Shown here piece by piece: positions 1-13,236 of a stretch of DNA of 60,000 bases. The stretch is taken from contig NC_087245.1 of NCBI RefSeq assembly GCF_037042905.1, positions 18,912,001-18,972,000 on the forward strand. Direction: 5' to 3'. Position numbers and translations under genes: made by a program. Below the pieces are notes generated by a model, which worked only from the letters and a program-made list of their open reading frames with translations, made no database searches and was not told the DNA's origin. This DNA is from Lytechinus pictus (lineage: Eukaryota). The stretch's first letter is position 1. Each line of letters opens with the position of its first letter.

Positions 1-117
1 AATGAAGGTCGTCTAAACGCTGATTCTGTGATATTGTGATTCATGTTTGTGTTTTGAATCATGATTCAAATCATGATTCAAATCATGATTCTGGCTTGAG
101 GTCGCATAAACGCAGCC
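1..117. mobile_element. Right end of a MITE truncated by the window edge (PIF/Harbinger-like or TA-targeting), with tandem palindromic 12-mers
   Basis: Three tandem AATCATGATTC(A) units at 57-91; ends ...GCATAAACGCAGCC followed by TAA (118-120). The left TIR is outside the window. Confidence 0.5.
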
Positions 118-2400
118 TAAGATATTCCCATCAAAATCTTTTCATTCCCAGAGTAGGCAATTCACAATAGATGTTTTAAAAGGATTACAAAGATAAGGCA
201 TTATGCATTTATTATTCATGATGGTTTATAGTGGCATATATGACTTCAAAATGCCAGACAACTGCCAATCCAGGAATATTACAAGATTGACGTCGAAACT
301 AGGCTGAGCCATAGCAACTGAGAAGTCGGTCTTTATGTCTGGCAATATTCTGTGCCATTAATCCATTCTCTTTATTTCAGCAGCATCATGTGTTACTAAA
401 GTTCTCTTGATATCTGAAGAAATTTTTCCTTGCACTCTTACAATCAAACATATTTAGGGCTTTTGGTATTAAGTGGAACATTTTCAGCTTCAAAGGATTA
501 TAAGGCCTATACTTTCACTTCCTTAAATATGGGGGGGGGGCATAATGGGTGAGGAAAACTTTATATCATTGATAAGGATGAAATGCCTAGTCAATTCCAT
601 TTTACCATCAATGATAATCAAGTAGGCCTCTTGGTTGAAATTTTGAACATCAGCAGTTGGAAGAAATCAAAATTGAATGGAATTTCCCTGACTTTAATCT
701 ACACAAAATATATTTATTTGATAGGTTAAAGGTCCTGCGAAGACTAGAGGGGGTGCCTTTAACATGAAGAAGTCCATGACACCATGAGGCCTGGCTGGTC
801 TACACAGGAAACATTGAGATTTCCTCCTGACATTGTGCTCCCGTTTAGAGCTATGTAACTTTGGACCTTTATCCCCAAAGAGGAGAGCTGAAGGAAAGCA
901 AACAAGGTGATACCAAAGTGTGTTTTTAAAGTAAACTCGACAAGACCATCTACAACCCTAAACTGTGCACTACCTTTTCCACGTAAGATGAGTTGTACTA
1001 CATAGAATAGAACAGAACTAGCTATGACTGCAGAGGTTATCATCAGAATCCACTCACTAACCAATACACTTATATTATGTATCTCACTGATAATCAGTTA
1101 AACAGTCAAGAGTAATTATGAGTTAATATCAAATCAGCTTTCTTCTGGGATATCTTGCCTATGCCATACTGGCAAAAGGTGTTAACAGGGTAGGTAGTTC
1201 AAGGGAATTTATAGAAGCAAGGAACTTTTTCTCGCCTCTCTTTGTTACGTCCTGTGAATAGTAGGAGTGGAGCAATGCTCTTTTTTTTTTTAGAGCAATG
1301 GAACTGAATGACCCACAACAAGGGAGAGTCAGACTGTTCTGTTTCTTTCTTGTGATCATAAGGTCAAGGTTTGGCACAGATTTCCCATCCAAGAATCCAT
1401 TTTTGCCTGTGACTTTTCAACAAAATTGGTTTGTTTGTGTGTGTGGTGTAATAGCAATCTGCATTCACATAATCAAATTCTGCGTAGACACAGCATTGGG
1501 GGAACAATCATTGTCTGAAAAATGACAAATAGAAGGCCTGTCCAGTTCTTCTTAACTCGGCTAAATCGATTGAGTTTTATTCTTAACACAGAAAAAAAAT
1601 CATGGCACAAATCTGGAATATAGGGCCTAGGTGAATTGTAAGTATAAACCCTGTTGAGCAGTGATATACACAGGTTACACTCAGTATCCAGGATTTCATG
1701 AAAGTGAGGACATTCAAATTTCTAGAAAGATAGATTAATGGGCAGTAATTTTACTAAATTCCCCTGAAAGCCCCCATCCCACACTGAGCAGTGTGCATAA
1801 CAAGTAGGCCAACCACTGTTTCATACATTATCACTATGTCACAGTGTTCACTGTCAATCCATAGCAGCATTCTGTATGCATTCTGTATGCACCATGATTT
1901 CAGTTTTATGTTTACTTTTTTATTTGAGGAGTAACTGTCCTTTGTTTGTGATAGGAGTAATGTAATTTCCATATTAGGACCACACACCCAGTACCTAGCA
2001 AGGCCTCAGATTATGAATGGCAAAAACTTCTCAATACTCCCACAAAACATTATCAAGATGGTTCACCAAAATTATCTTCTTTTTTTTGTATGTTTTATTA
2101 TATCATAAAATCATAATCAAGGTAAAATTACAATATTTACAACTTATTAAAACAGATGAGAGTTATTCTTACAAAAAGCAACTTATCTGTTTTGCTTTCT
2201 TTTACATTATTATTTTTTTTTTTCGGGTGGGATTTTCTGATCCCCTGCAAGGCCCAAACCAAATGTAGGAGTGACCTGTCAAATGTTGACTCAATGTTAC
2301 AAGTGATTGAAATATAAATGTAATAAAGAGGGATCCTACTTCTTGCCTTGAACTGAGGAGTACAAGTGACATTAGTGATTGAATTGTACACATTTCCTCT

Positions 2401-2605
2401 GCCAATTACAATTTGCGTTATCTCATGTATAAATAACGCAGCCTTGACCTCATCAACGCAGTGACAAATTCAGTCCTTTCACACTCTTCCTCCGCTTAGC
2501 AGAATCCACTGCTGAAGAAAATAGTCAAATCCTCTGCCGAAACCAGAGAGTGGGATCTGGAACTTGAGTGAATCATATCATATCCAGAGAATCCAGTTTA
2601 GACTG
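2401..2605 (+). promoter_or_regulatory. Putative Pol II core promoter plus non-coding first exon
   Basis: CCAAT 2402-2406, TATAAATA 2428-2435, Inr-like GCAGT/TCAGTC near 2460/2470, ~145 nt without ATG, consensus donor CTG|GTAAGT at 2605/2606; locally retains CpG. Confidence 0.4.
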
Positions 2606-3022
2606 GTAAGTAAAGTCAATGGAGAGGGAGACGAAGGAACGTGGCCTGCCCCTCCCCCTTCCCCCACTTACATGTAGCTTGAAAACCTAGTAGGCTTCAG
2701 TAAGTTTACAAAGGCATGAGGCAAGTTCTAAACTTTGTTTTCTTCTTCATTCAAATCAAATGCACCTCTATGTAAATTTCACCCCCAACCAGCAGATTAA
2801 CACCCTCTAAACCCTCTTTGAAGCATACTTTATGCTCATTTTCAATGACTGATGAGGGAAAAAAATTCAGATTCTTTTTTTTCTATTAAATCACTACTGA
2901 TAGTTCACACCTCAAAGTTTCCTTCAGAAACTCTGAGCAACAGAGGATACATGTAAATTATGGGTATATAGTCACACTGCATTTATACACAACACTGTGT
3001 ATATACAGTGGAGCGTTGGAGT

Positions 3023-3300
3023 GGAGCGTTGTGGCCCAGTGGATTAGTCTTCGGACTTTGAAACAGAGGGTCATGGGTTCGAATCCCAGCCATGGCATGA
3101 TTTCCTTCAGCAAGAAACTGATCCACAGTGTGCTGCACTCAACCCAGGTAAGGTAAATGGGTACCGGTAGGAAGTAATTCCTTAAAAAGCTGTGTGCGCT
3201 ATGAACGCCTAGCTTAGCCGGGTAATATATAGGAGCGCCTTGAGCACCTAACAAGGTGGATATGTGCGCAATATAAATACCCTATATTATTATATTATTA
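3023..3300 (+). mobile_element. Full-length tRNA-derived SINE
   Basis: A-box TGGCCCAGTGG (3032-3042), anticodon-arm-like CGGACTTTGAA, B-box GGTTCGAATCCC (3076-3087), body, (TAT)n tail ending at 3300. Confidence 0.9.
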
Positions 3301-4223
3301 CAACACTGAAATCCACATTATCCCTGCAATTTAGTACTCATATTTAGAGAGAACAGGTGAGACCTATTAATTTTGAATGAAGGATCACTCTCCCCTCCAA
3401 ATTTTGTAAATGAGAGAGATAAAGTTGTCTGCTGTCATTATTAAGATGATAAGAGAGAAATTAAAAAAAAGGGAGGGGGTATCAAAATTGCATAGCCCCT
3501 TGCATAATATTTGAAACACTCATAATCAGTGGGGGCCCCGGCCCCTGTACACATAGGTTTGTGATTATTCATAAAATTAGAAGAGCCATTCAGGATCCTG
3601 GTTGTCTGCATATTATTTTATGAATGGTTGGGGGCCGCCCAGTACATCATCTGTCACGGCAGATGATAAAAATGATTCAAAATAAAACTATAAAAATTCA
3701 ATTTTCCTGCCAATAACCTTCCAAGTCAAATATACATGTCTATATTTTACACTATAAACGTGCCAAATAAATTACTAGATCAAATGAGTACCAGAAGAAT
3801 CTATATACCTGATAATGGTAAAAGACATTTATATGGCACTATATCACTAAGTCCACAAATGTTATTAATCCTTATGAATATCACTGCCTCAACTGACCAC
3901 ATAAATCATCTGGAAATAATATATTCCAAAAGTAAATAGAAAGATAAACTGCACATAGACTTGACTTACTGAACGTTGAATAAACAGGAGTCTGATAAAT
4001 AAGTGGCCAATAGCCTTATAATAAAGAATGTAGAGTTTGACTGCATAATTTATATAAGTCATAAAAAATAATGCTGAGTGTGATGATTCCACCAAAATGG
4101 TTACCATTACAAATGTCAAAATTATATGAGAAGGGCAAAAATCTTTTATGGCCCTTATGAACCTCCTTCTTTTCCGATAAGGGACCCATAGGAATATCAG
4201 CATATGGAACTGAGACACTTTTA

Positions 4224-4723
4224 TGCTTTTCACATTGCATTTCCTTAACCCCATACTATCCTTAATCCTGGACTATCCTTAACCCCATACTATCTTTTTT
4301 TGGATTCACACTGTCTTTCTTAACCCCATACTATCTGCTTAGCCGGGGTTAACGCCTTAACCCCGGACTTTCCCACAGCTCATGAATATTGATGATTTTA
4401 CCATACAGAGCGTGATTAACGTGCAATTTCGACTTCTGTGATTGGCTATTTGCTTAGCCCCACATTTCCTTAGCCCAGTTTCGTTTCACACTGCATCTCT
4501 TAGCACCGCAATTGTGGTGCTAGCACCACAATAAGCCGGCTAACCCTGCTTTTTTGCAGGGCCAGATAGTACCGTACTACTTACCGTGCTAGCCCACTTT
4601 GCTAAAACGTAGTGTGAAAACGAAGTGGGCTAAGCTTAACCCCAGGAAATTGGTGGGGCTAAGGGGGGCCTTAGCCCCACCAATTTCCCGGGGTTAAGGA
4701 AAAAAAGTACAGTGTGAAAAACA
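4224..4723. mobile_element. MITE, ~500 bp, TA-flanked
   Basis: Imperfect TIRs TGCTTTTCACATTGCA-TTTCCTTAACCCC / GGGGTTAAGGAAAAAAAGTACAGTGTGAAAAACA; TA on both sides; many internal TTAACCCC/TTAGCCC motifs. Confidence 0.85.
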
Positions 4724-5848
4724 TATTTGTTTCCTAACATGATGGTTATTGGAAAAGGGAAATTAAGATGGTGAATGGGACTGTCATATTATAACAAATT
4801 CTTTTAATATTAAAATAATATTTCTCTAAAACTTTGCAATTAGAAATAAGAATGATTGACTCCGACTTAAATCAAAATATGTATTTCCAGTCCACAAAGA
4901 TATAAGGTAGAATGTTCCATATGATTTCTCGCGGGATTGTAAATATTTCTTAAAATATCAATTTGACAAACAAAAACAAAGACAGCTGTTAAGAGCTGCT
5001 GACGAGTGGCTAAAATGGCAGTACTGATACCATAATACGTCTATGGACATGAATAAAACACTTCTATTCCAGCACATGAAAAACACCTTTGTGCTGTGTT
5101 CAATTTTGACCCTTGAAGCATGGTTTTCAAGGAGGTTGGTTCAAATAATTGTTTTGTTTACGGTAAAAAAAAAATCAATGTAAAACACAAACATGAAGTG
5201 CTGAAAGAATGTGTTTTGAAGGTGATCATTCTACAAAACCATGAATATAAGAAATATAGTTTGGATTGAATGCAAAGTGGATATCAATTATGATTCTATG
5301 AGTGGCCTTCTCCTGGTTCAGACAGTCTATGTGTTTCATTCACTGCAAGTTGACCTTTAATTCTTAGGTCAAACTCAAGATCTGGGATGCGAAGTGAGTG
5401 AGCTTGAAAATATTAAAAAAGGAAAAATAGAATTCTCTAAAAAGTTTGGTTTTGTGTTCATGTTTTGATTGTAATTCATGTTTGTGATTCCACTATATTA
5501 TGAGAAATAGTTTGAATGCACCCTTGGTCCACAAGTGGGTCAAGATGATTGCTTTTGACAGGCAGGGTTGAAGAAGGGTAAGCGAATTCAATGATTTCAA
5601 GAGTTCATGCAGTGGCAACGAGGTTATGAAATGAATGCTTGCATTGAATGATATTTTTATGACAGCAAGCTTTTGAAATAAGTGGAACTAAAGTTAAGTA
5701 AATTAAAAATCAAAAAGTCTAAGAATCAGTCACCGTACTATAACCATATTTGGAATGATGTTTATTTATAGAATAAATTAGTATGAAGGAATTTTCTATC
5801 ATAAGTCATTTCAATTATTTCTTTTCTTCCTTCTCACTCCCTTTCAAG

Positions 5849-5873
5849 ATCCATCAATTGAACATTATTGAAG
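5849..5873 (+). other. Candidate 25-nt micro-exon
   Basis: Long pyrimidine tract ending TTTCAAG| (5848), then ATCCATCAATTGAACATTATTGAAG, then |GTAAGT at 5874. Confidence 0.35.
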
Positions 5874-6390
5874 GTAAGTTCATCAGGATAAACAATATCA
5901 AATTCGTGAACATCAATTGCACCCACAATAAACAACAGTAAGGGCTGTGTAGTGGAAGACACCATAGTCCTCCTACAAAACTACAGAGAACTCAAACTGT
6001 TCAAAGAGACAACAAAATAAAGCTGGACTGGCTTAAATCAGCATCCTATTTTCAAGGAATTAATAACAGTGCTGTCTTTCTGACCTCAAAACAAATTAGG
6101 ACAAATTAGCCTCAAACCTCAGCATGATCAAGGTCATGGTCAACTATTCTATATTCAGCCGTTCCATTATTTACAATGCATGATTGCGTGTGGAGTGACT
6201 GATGGATTTGTCTAAGCCACCTGGTGTAACAGTAGCTTTCAGCATACCCCCCCTAGAAAAAAAAAAGAGAAAAAAAACCCAACTTAATCCCAGCAGAGAT
6301 ACCGTAGCCTAGTCCAGGCACCTGTTTTGTAACAACTTAAAATTACCTCAACCAAAACACTAACCCCATACCAATACTTATATCATATTC

Positions 6391-6840
6391 AATAAGCCAG
6401 TTCGTAGTTCCTTTCTGCGCATGATCAAAAGATTCTATGCATGATCAGAGGAAGGTCATTTGTACAAGTGACATGGTGGTTTAAAATCTTATGAGATAAG
6501 CACCAACTTTGATGTCTTGATTATTCATATATTCTTTTGAATTGTGGTTTTCATTTACATCCACAAAAAACATGCGTCCACGAACGACTGGTATTGCACA
6601 GTTTGCCAAGTACATTGTGCAACATGCTATGATATGCATTCAAAGTAGGAATGCAACAAATACCTTCATAAAGTGTTCATTGGTGTGCTATTCTAATCAC
6701 TTGGTCTATTCAATTTCTTCATCCTGCTATGTAAGGCAAGCTTACATAATATCTTGTTTTGAAATCTGCCTATCATAATGAAAGAAATGAAAGGTCATTT
6801 GACCAAAATTGTCCATGAAGTAACTACGAACTGGTCTATT
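6391..6840 (+). mobile_element. MITE family A, copy 1 (superfamily undetermined)
   Basis: 19-bp TIR AATAAGCCAGTTCGTAGTT / AACTACGAACTGGTCTATT; a highly similar copy lies at 56051-56485. Confidence 0.9.
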
Positions 6841-9638
6841 CTTCACATGTTACTATTTTTAAAATGTGTTATTTTTCCCTTAAAAAAAAAAAAGTTTTTA
6901 AATCATGAAATGCCAATAGGAAAAGGTTCAGGACTGGTCCACCTTTTGGAATGGCCATATCATTGATGTCACCATTGTTGGTCACCTCCTTATCTCCCAA
7001 CCTTCACCCTAACTCTCAAGGTAGCCCCTCCCCAATCTTAACCACCATAGGTTTGAATGACAAGGTTATTGACAACCTTGCCATAATTCAATTTTTTTTT
7101 AAAGTTCAAAGAATTGGCACATTCTAACCAATGTGAGACTATATTCTCTGCAGACAAGAATGATGATTTTGCAAAAACTAGTGACCAAATCTTTTAAAGA
7201 AAAGGGATTTCTGAGTGTAAAGTCAATAAATACTCTGAAGTTTGATCACACAGATCTTTCAACAAGTATTTGAGGTCTAGATGGGACCCATGATAGGTAT
7301 AGATTTGGTAATTTTTTCCTCTTTTAATCATGATAGATATCAATGGAATAAATACACCTTGAGCACAGAGGAGAATTTCAACTCCAAAGATAAACAATTC
7401 AATCCATGAAAAGATTAGACAATCATTGGGTTAACAATAAATGTAAAGATGGTTTATAAAGGTATATATGATTAATATAGATTTTTCAATTAGGTTTTTC
7501 AAATAGTGGCTAGGTGGAACTTTATTTTTGTTCTTAACCATTTTGTTTGTGTTATGCATCAAAGTGATGATTACAATGAATGCATCATTTAGTTTGGACA
7601 AATGCCAAAATGTGACTGAGACCATGTAAATGTCTATCACAAGTCATTTAGATTGATGGAAAAAAAAAGAATTAACAAAAATCACTACAAAATATGAATA
7701 GTGGACAAAAATAATATAAAAAGAAAATGTAAAGATATAATTCATTTTCAGGTCAGTTTGAAAGGAAGTGTGTCACTTGATGTTATACTTCATTGTAGGC
7801 CTAATGCAGAAAATAAAGGATATTGCTTGTTGTAACATCCTTTCTGTAACATCTTTGTTTTTTCCTCAAAATAGAACTTAAGAAACTCAAAAAAACTTCT
7901 TCAAAAAGTAGGACAAAGTTTTCTACTTTGATAGCAAAGAAATCATACCAAGCAAAAAAAAGTACTTAAATAAAGAAATAAAGTTATGGAAAGAATATAA
8001 ACACCATTCAATTGAGGTAATGGAATTCTTGGCTGAAAAGATTTCTATGGTGCATGAAACTGACTAAAAATGATAGACGTGTCATTTTTTGAAGGACAAA
8101 GCATGATGTGCATCATTTCTCTTGTCTATCACTGAATTCAGAAGCATGACTTTGAAAACTTCGGCTCTCATTTGATCTCAAATTTTCATTTACCCCGTAA
8201 TATCTAATTTCTGCTTGGGATTTTTTGGAGTATAACGCTTGAAAGGTCACATATCTCTATCTCATGTGACTAGACTATTTATATTCAAGCCCAGATTAGA
8301 CCCTTTTTATTCAAGGAAGCATATCAACCATCCTCCTTACAAATAGAACATCTATCATTACTCCTAACGTACAGAATATTTCAAGCTAACTGATTTTCGT
8401 ACTGTGTCTTTATAAAATGCAGAACTAGCATATGTCCAAAATCTAAAACTGGTCATAATGAAATAAAATTAAACCAATTTTTTTTTCAAACTTATCCCCT
8501 TTCCTTTTCTATCAATATATTTTCTATATTGTGTAATAGATAATTTTGTCTCATTTTTTCTCTCTATTGATTAATTAACTTGGATATATGTTTAATTCAG
8601 ATAGTGATTTTTTTCTATGAATTTTCAAAATAAAGTAATACTCAATCGAAGCTTTAATTTTTTTTAAGTGGTTGACACTCAAATTAATAAATCTTTATCA
8701 AATCTTCAGGCATGGGAATACATAATCAACATTCATCTTCCACTTACATCTGACTCTCTCATTACCATGGATATGCAAACAATGAAGAGTATTTCTAATG
8801 AGAATTATGGCAGGTTCAAGTGATAACCCCAAAGTAGAATTCCATTAAGTTCTGCAAACACACACAAAAATAATTTTAATTAAAACAGGCCTGCAGCCAA
8901 CTAATTAATAAACTGTTTACTTCTTCTACAGCAGCTGTGGTAAATCAACTTTTACACTTGAAAAAGAATGTTCAACGCCTGGTATGACCGCATTCTCAAG
9001 GTGGAAAATGGGTTTTCACACTTATGTTCAAAATTGAATAACATTTCATGTAAATAGTTTGATTGAGGGCAGTAGAGGGACTTTCCCTTTCAGTTTTATG
9101 ACAGAAATTGGACACATGTTTACAAGGAGACGTCTGGAGTCGTATCACATCAGATCATGGGGTTTTTAGAACATTTATAAACTTGGTGACATGCATTTCA
9201 ATGGAATCATCAAGATGAGAGCAAAGACCGTTTTGTTGAAGAGACTATGTTTCGAGCCAACGTTGCTTCAGAAGAGGTCAAAGTTCATCCAATAACAATG
9301 AGCCGAGCAGCATGTGTCTGCGCTCAAAATTACCATGTTTCAAGATAGAATGAGGATCTTTGCAAAGCATGAGGTAAAAACAGCTATTACATTTTTGGCT
9401 GCAAGCATACCCTCTGTTCATTTGGGTGAATTTACTCATAACTTTTCAATATTTCCACCTGAAAGTCCCATTCCTTTAGCTAATTGTCTTCAAGATATTT
9501 TTTATTTATTTCTCTCCATTTAGTAAATACTTGAGCCTTTATCATTTTCTACATATGATCAATATACTCAAAGAACTACTTGCTAGTGCAGCAGGATAGC
9601 TCACATATCAACATCTATAAAGAATGAAGGATCACCTA

Positions 9639-10283
9639 ATACCCCTTTCATATTGCGCTTTTCACCGGTGAAGTTCGCCAGCGAAGGGGAAAGTGTCCAG
9701 TATGAAAGGTACACAGGAGAACTTCACCGGTGAAGTTCGCCGGCGAACTTCTCCACCTCTAGAGGTGGAGAACTTCGGCGGCAAAACTGTTTCACCGGCG
9801 AAGTTCGCCAGTGAAAAGGCCAGTATGAAAGCAAACCGGAATGGTCAATTTTTTTCTCTCACGAAGTCCCTTGTACCGAGATTCCGCGCGCGATAGTTGC
9901 AAGCTCAGCTGAATGCTATGGCCAAGCAGATACCCTCGAACATAATTTTTTTTTTGTACTAACAATATTTATTAAAAAACACTTTTTACATGTATAAAAT
10001 GCGCTAAAATATAAAAACAAGGTGATATTGTTTGTTTTTATCGTAATACTTCCAAAATATGTTGTAATCAATTTTTTTTATACCTTTATGTAATAGGTAA
10101 AAAGTAATGTTTACAATTTTCTTTCGTTTGTTCTGCAATCGCCCGTTGACTTTCGCCGGGGAAGAAATGTCAGTGCGAAAGGGTACATTTTTTTCTTCGC
10201 CAGGAAGTGAGGAATGCAAGGCGGAGAAGTTCGCCGGCGAAGTTCGCCGGTGAAAAATGAAGAGGGCAGTATGAAAGGGGTAT
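9639..10283. mobile_element. MITE, 645 bp, TA TSD, with subterminal GAAGTTCGCC repeats
   Basis: TA|ATACCCCTTTCATA ... TATGAAAGGGGTAT|TA; repeated TTCACCGGTGAAGTTCGCC(G/A)GCGAA motifs near both ends; CpG-rich. Confidence 0.9.
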
Positions 10284-12647
10284 TAGTTGAAAAGCACAAA
10301 CATGATCAAACCACTTTGTTCTATGCAGACAAACTCTGCTTTCAGCTCATAATTGTTTGAGCTGACATGAAGAGCCTACATTAACTATTCTCAATCACAT
10401 TTCTATTAAAACAAATGCATATAAGACCAAAATAAAATAATTATGTCAACATCATGACTACGATACTCATACAGTACAAGTACTGTATCCTCTAAAGGAG
10501 AATGAAAAGACTCTTTGGTGGCAGGCGTCAGAACTCTCCTGCATGCTCCCAGCTGACTTGCTACCACGAGTCAAAGGTCATAGATCAACGCAGTTAGTTC
10601 CATCGAAAACGAAAATTCCCTTGTCATATTCCATCTAGTCTGCATATTTGGGCCTCTCTGGGCTTCGTTTGCTCAGGAATTTTAGTTTCTACCCTTCTTT
10701 CCAGAGTTCTTCCCAATTTTAGATTCAAAATTGCAAATCATTTCAAAACTGGATGGGAGTAATGGTGGGGGTATATGAATTTTATGTCTGCTAAGAAAAT
10801 TGGTTGGGAGGGGGTGGGTTAGCCCATGAGGACAAGGGACCTCAAAGGTAGGCCTAAATATCAAGGCCTGCATTCCTAGGCACCTCGCATGAAAACATAC
10901 ATTTGAAGTACTGTCCCCAATGCTGGTTTTTTTTTAAAGCATATCTAGAGTTTAGATAAAAACCATACACATAATTACATAAAATACCCTCATATTATTC
11001 AAGTGCAACTGATAACAAAAATCCTGTTGAAAAACAATTATTCTTGCTGGTATCAACTTGCACTTTTCTTTGTTGAATATGACATATCCTCAACCTTTAT
11101 GCCGTGAATTATTTCTTAAGTAATGTGTTGCATATTGAGACACTACTCAAGGTTGATATTTCCTTTCTTTATTTGAGTGAAAGCTACAGGTATTCTTTGA
11201 TATCTAGGTTTCCTTTCAATTCCAGAAGAGCAGTTAAAACTTAGAAAGAAGGTGCATTAATGTTATGCCGTTGTAACAGAACAGGGTATTGTTATGGTAT
11301 CTCTTGTGGAATTGTTGAATTTTAAAAACTCTTAGGACATCAGTTTTTTTTTTGCAAGCAAGATCCCAACAACATGGCCCCAATCAGGACCCAGTGTCCC
11401 AAAGAAAAAATAAATGCAAAATCTACACCAGCGTAATAGCTAAATTTCCTTGTAAGATTTTTACATAACAAATTTCACACCTTAAATAAATGAAATTGTA
11501 CTATGGGAATACGATTAGCATGCAAGATTTCTCTTTTTTCTTGATTGAATATATCGGCCTCTAACATTAAGCTATAACATCATGGTATTGTGCCTTTCGA
11601 TATACAGGCAGCCATATCAAACAGCAATGGTTATTCAGACTAAAAAGAAGCATTATCACTAGATAGTGTCATCTCATAGCAAGGGCAAAGTTGCAAAAAA
11701 AAAATCCTGAGTTTTGTGGTCGTGATAGTCAGCAGGTGAATTTAGTTTGTAACATTCATTAACCATAAAAAACCTAAATCTACACATGAAGAAGCCAATT
11801 GAATTTTAGGGTGTTATTGATTACTATGTAGCCAAAATTATCATGCTGTTAACATTACATATGTACTAATTATGGTTAGAGCCCTATATGAAGCTGTGGT
11901 GAGCTTGATATCATTGTTATGTGTACCAAACTTCAAAGCCTCGCTCTCCTCGTAATACATTCCTTTAATCAATACATTTTCCTCGGGCCTACCCAAGAGC
12001 AAGCCATAATGCCAGCTTGAAGAATGTTCCATTCTGGTTCCAAAGTTCAGCTTTTCTTTCCATAAAAGACTGCAAGAACCCTTTCAAAATAGAAATCCAT
12101 TACTTCAAGATCACTTTGAGTTAGCAGAATACCACATCAATACAAATTAAAAACTCAATTATTTTTTCAGGGTGAAGGTGTTTGGCTTGTTACCATTATT
12201 CGTGTCCCTAGACTATATAGTAGTTTTTACAGCCTAGAATATCAAGGTGTCCCACACCTTTCGATCATGACCTTCATCAAAATGATATATACAGATTATG
12301 TAGTCTTCACCAATGACTTGGTAAATCAAGAATAGTTTTTGATGAAGTTGCCAGCATAACATTTACCTATAGTCACTAATATCTGTGATCAATACTCCCA
12401 CATCTTGAAAAAAAACCTTGCAATTTCAATTTAATATGTAATGGAGAAAGATTATGGTTCAAATTATATTCATAATAACAAATTCATGTAATTAATCCTT
12501 GGCATGTGATGACATCTGAAGACAAAAACAGCACATAAATGTATATAGAACTACATCTACATGGACACTTCTATTGAAGCTTTAGGTGCTTTTTCAAAAT
12601 AATGAATTCCTGAAGAAATGTAATTCCATCAAAATTATACCTCTTAA

Positions 12648-13236
12648 AGGTCAAGTCCACCTCAGAAAAATGTTGATTTGAATCAGTAGAGAAAAATCAG
12701 ACAAGCAAATGCTGAAAATTTCATCAAAATCGGATGTAAAATAAGAATGTTATGACATTTTAAAGTTTCGCTTATTTTTCACAAAATAGTTATATGCACA
12801 ATTTAGTCACATGCAAATGAGAGATTCGATGATGTCTCTCACTATTTCTTTTGTTTATTGTTTGAATTATACAATATTTCAATTTTTACAGATTTGGCAA
12901 TAAGGACCAACTTGACCGAACCATAAATGTTAAACAAAGATAATTCCACATGTTCAGGGAGAAATAAAACTTTTTTCACAGGACAATGAGGAGAAAGTTT
13001 GAATATTTCATATAATAAAATACAAAAGAAATAGTGAGTGAAGTGCGTGATGTCATCAGTTCCCTCATTTGCATACCGACCAGGATGTGCATTTAACTAT
13101 TTTGTGAAATTAAGCGAAACTTAAAAATATCATAACTTTCTTATTTTACATCCAATTTTGATGAAATTGTCAGTTATGCTTGTTTGATTTTTCTATTTTT
13201 ATTCAAATCAACTTTTTCTTGGGGTGGACTTGTCCT
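12648..13236. mobile_element. TTAA-targeting MITE (Kolobok-like) family B, copy 1
   Basis: TTAA|AGGTCAAGTCCAC ... GTGGACTTGTCCT|TTAA; long imperfect TIRs. AG..CT termini with a TTAA TSD fit Kolobok rather than piggyBac (CC..GG termini). Confidence 0.9.

Noticed and set aside
3023..3096. Possible tRNA-Gln(TTG) gene
   Set aside because: Anticodon and acceptor stems pair poorly, and it continues into a SINE body and (TAT)n tail.
2958..3254. 98-aa minus-strand ORF
   Set aside because: Antisense reading of the SINE.
4999..5030. Hammerhead ribozyme core (CTGACGAG here and at ~30006)
   Set aside because: No correctly placed stem II plus GAAA, and no flanking helices seen.
8747..8767. Mini first exon MVMRESD|GTAAGT on the minus strand
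   Set aside because: No CpG or promoter context; such short ATG-donor pairs are expected by chance in 60 kb.
9660..9830. CRISPR-like array of palindromic repeats
   Set aside because: Irregular spacing, mixed orientation, enclosed by MITE TIRs, no cas genes, eukaryotic context.
10470..10487. TACAGTA/TACTGTA as a third footprint class
   Set aside because: About ten occurrences seen, which is no more than a rough chance expectation for these 7-mers.
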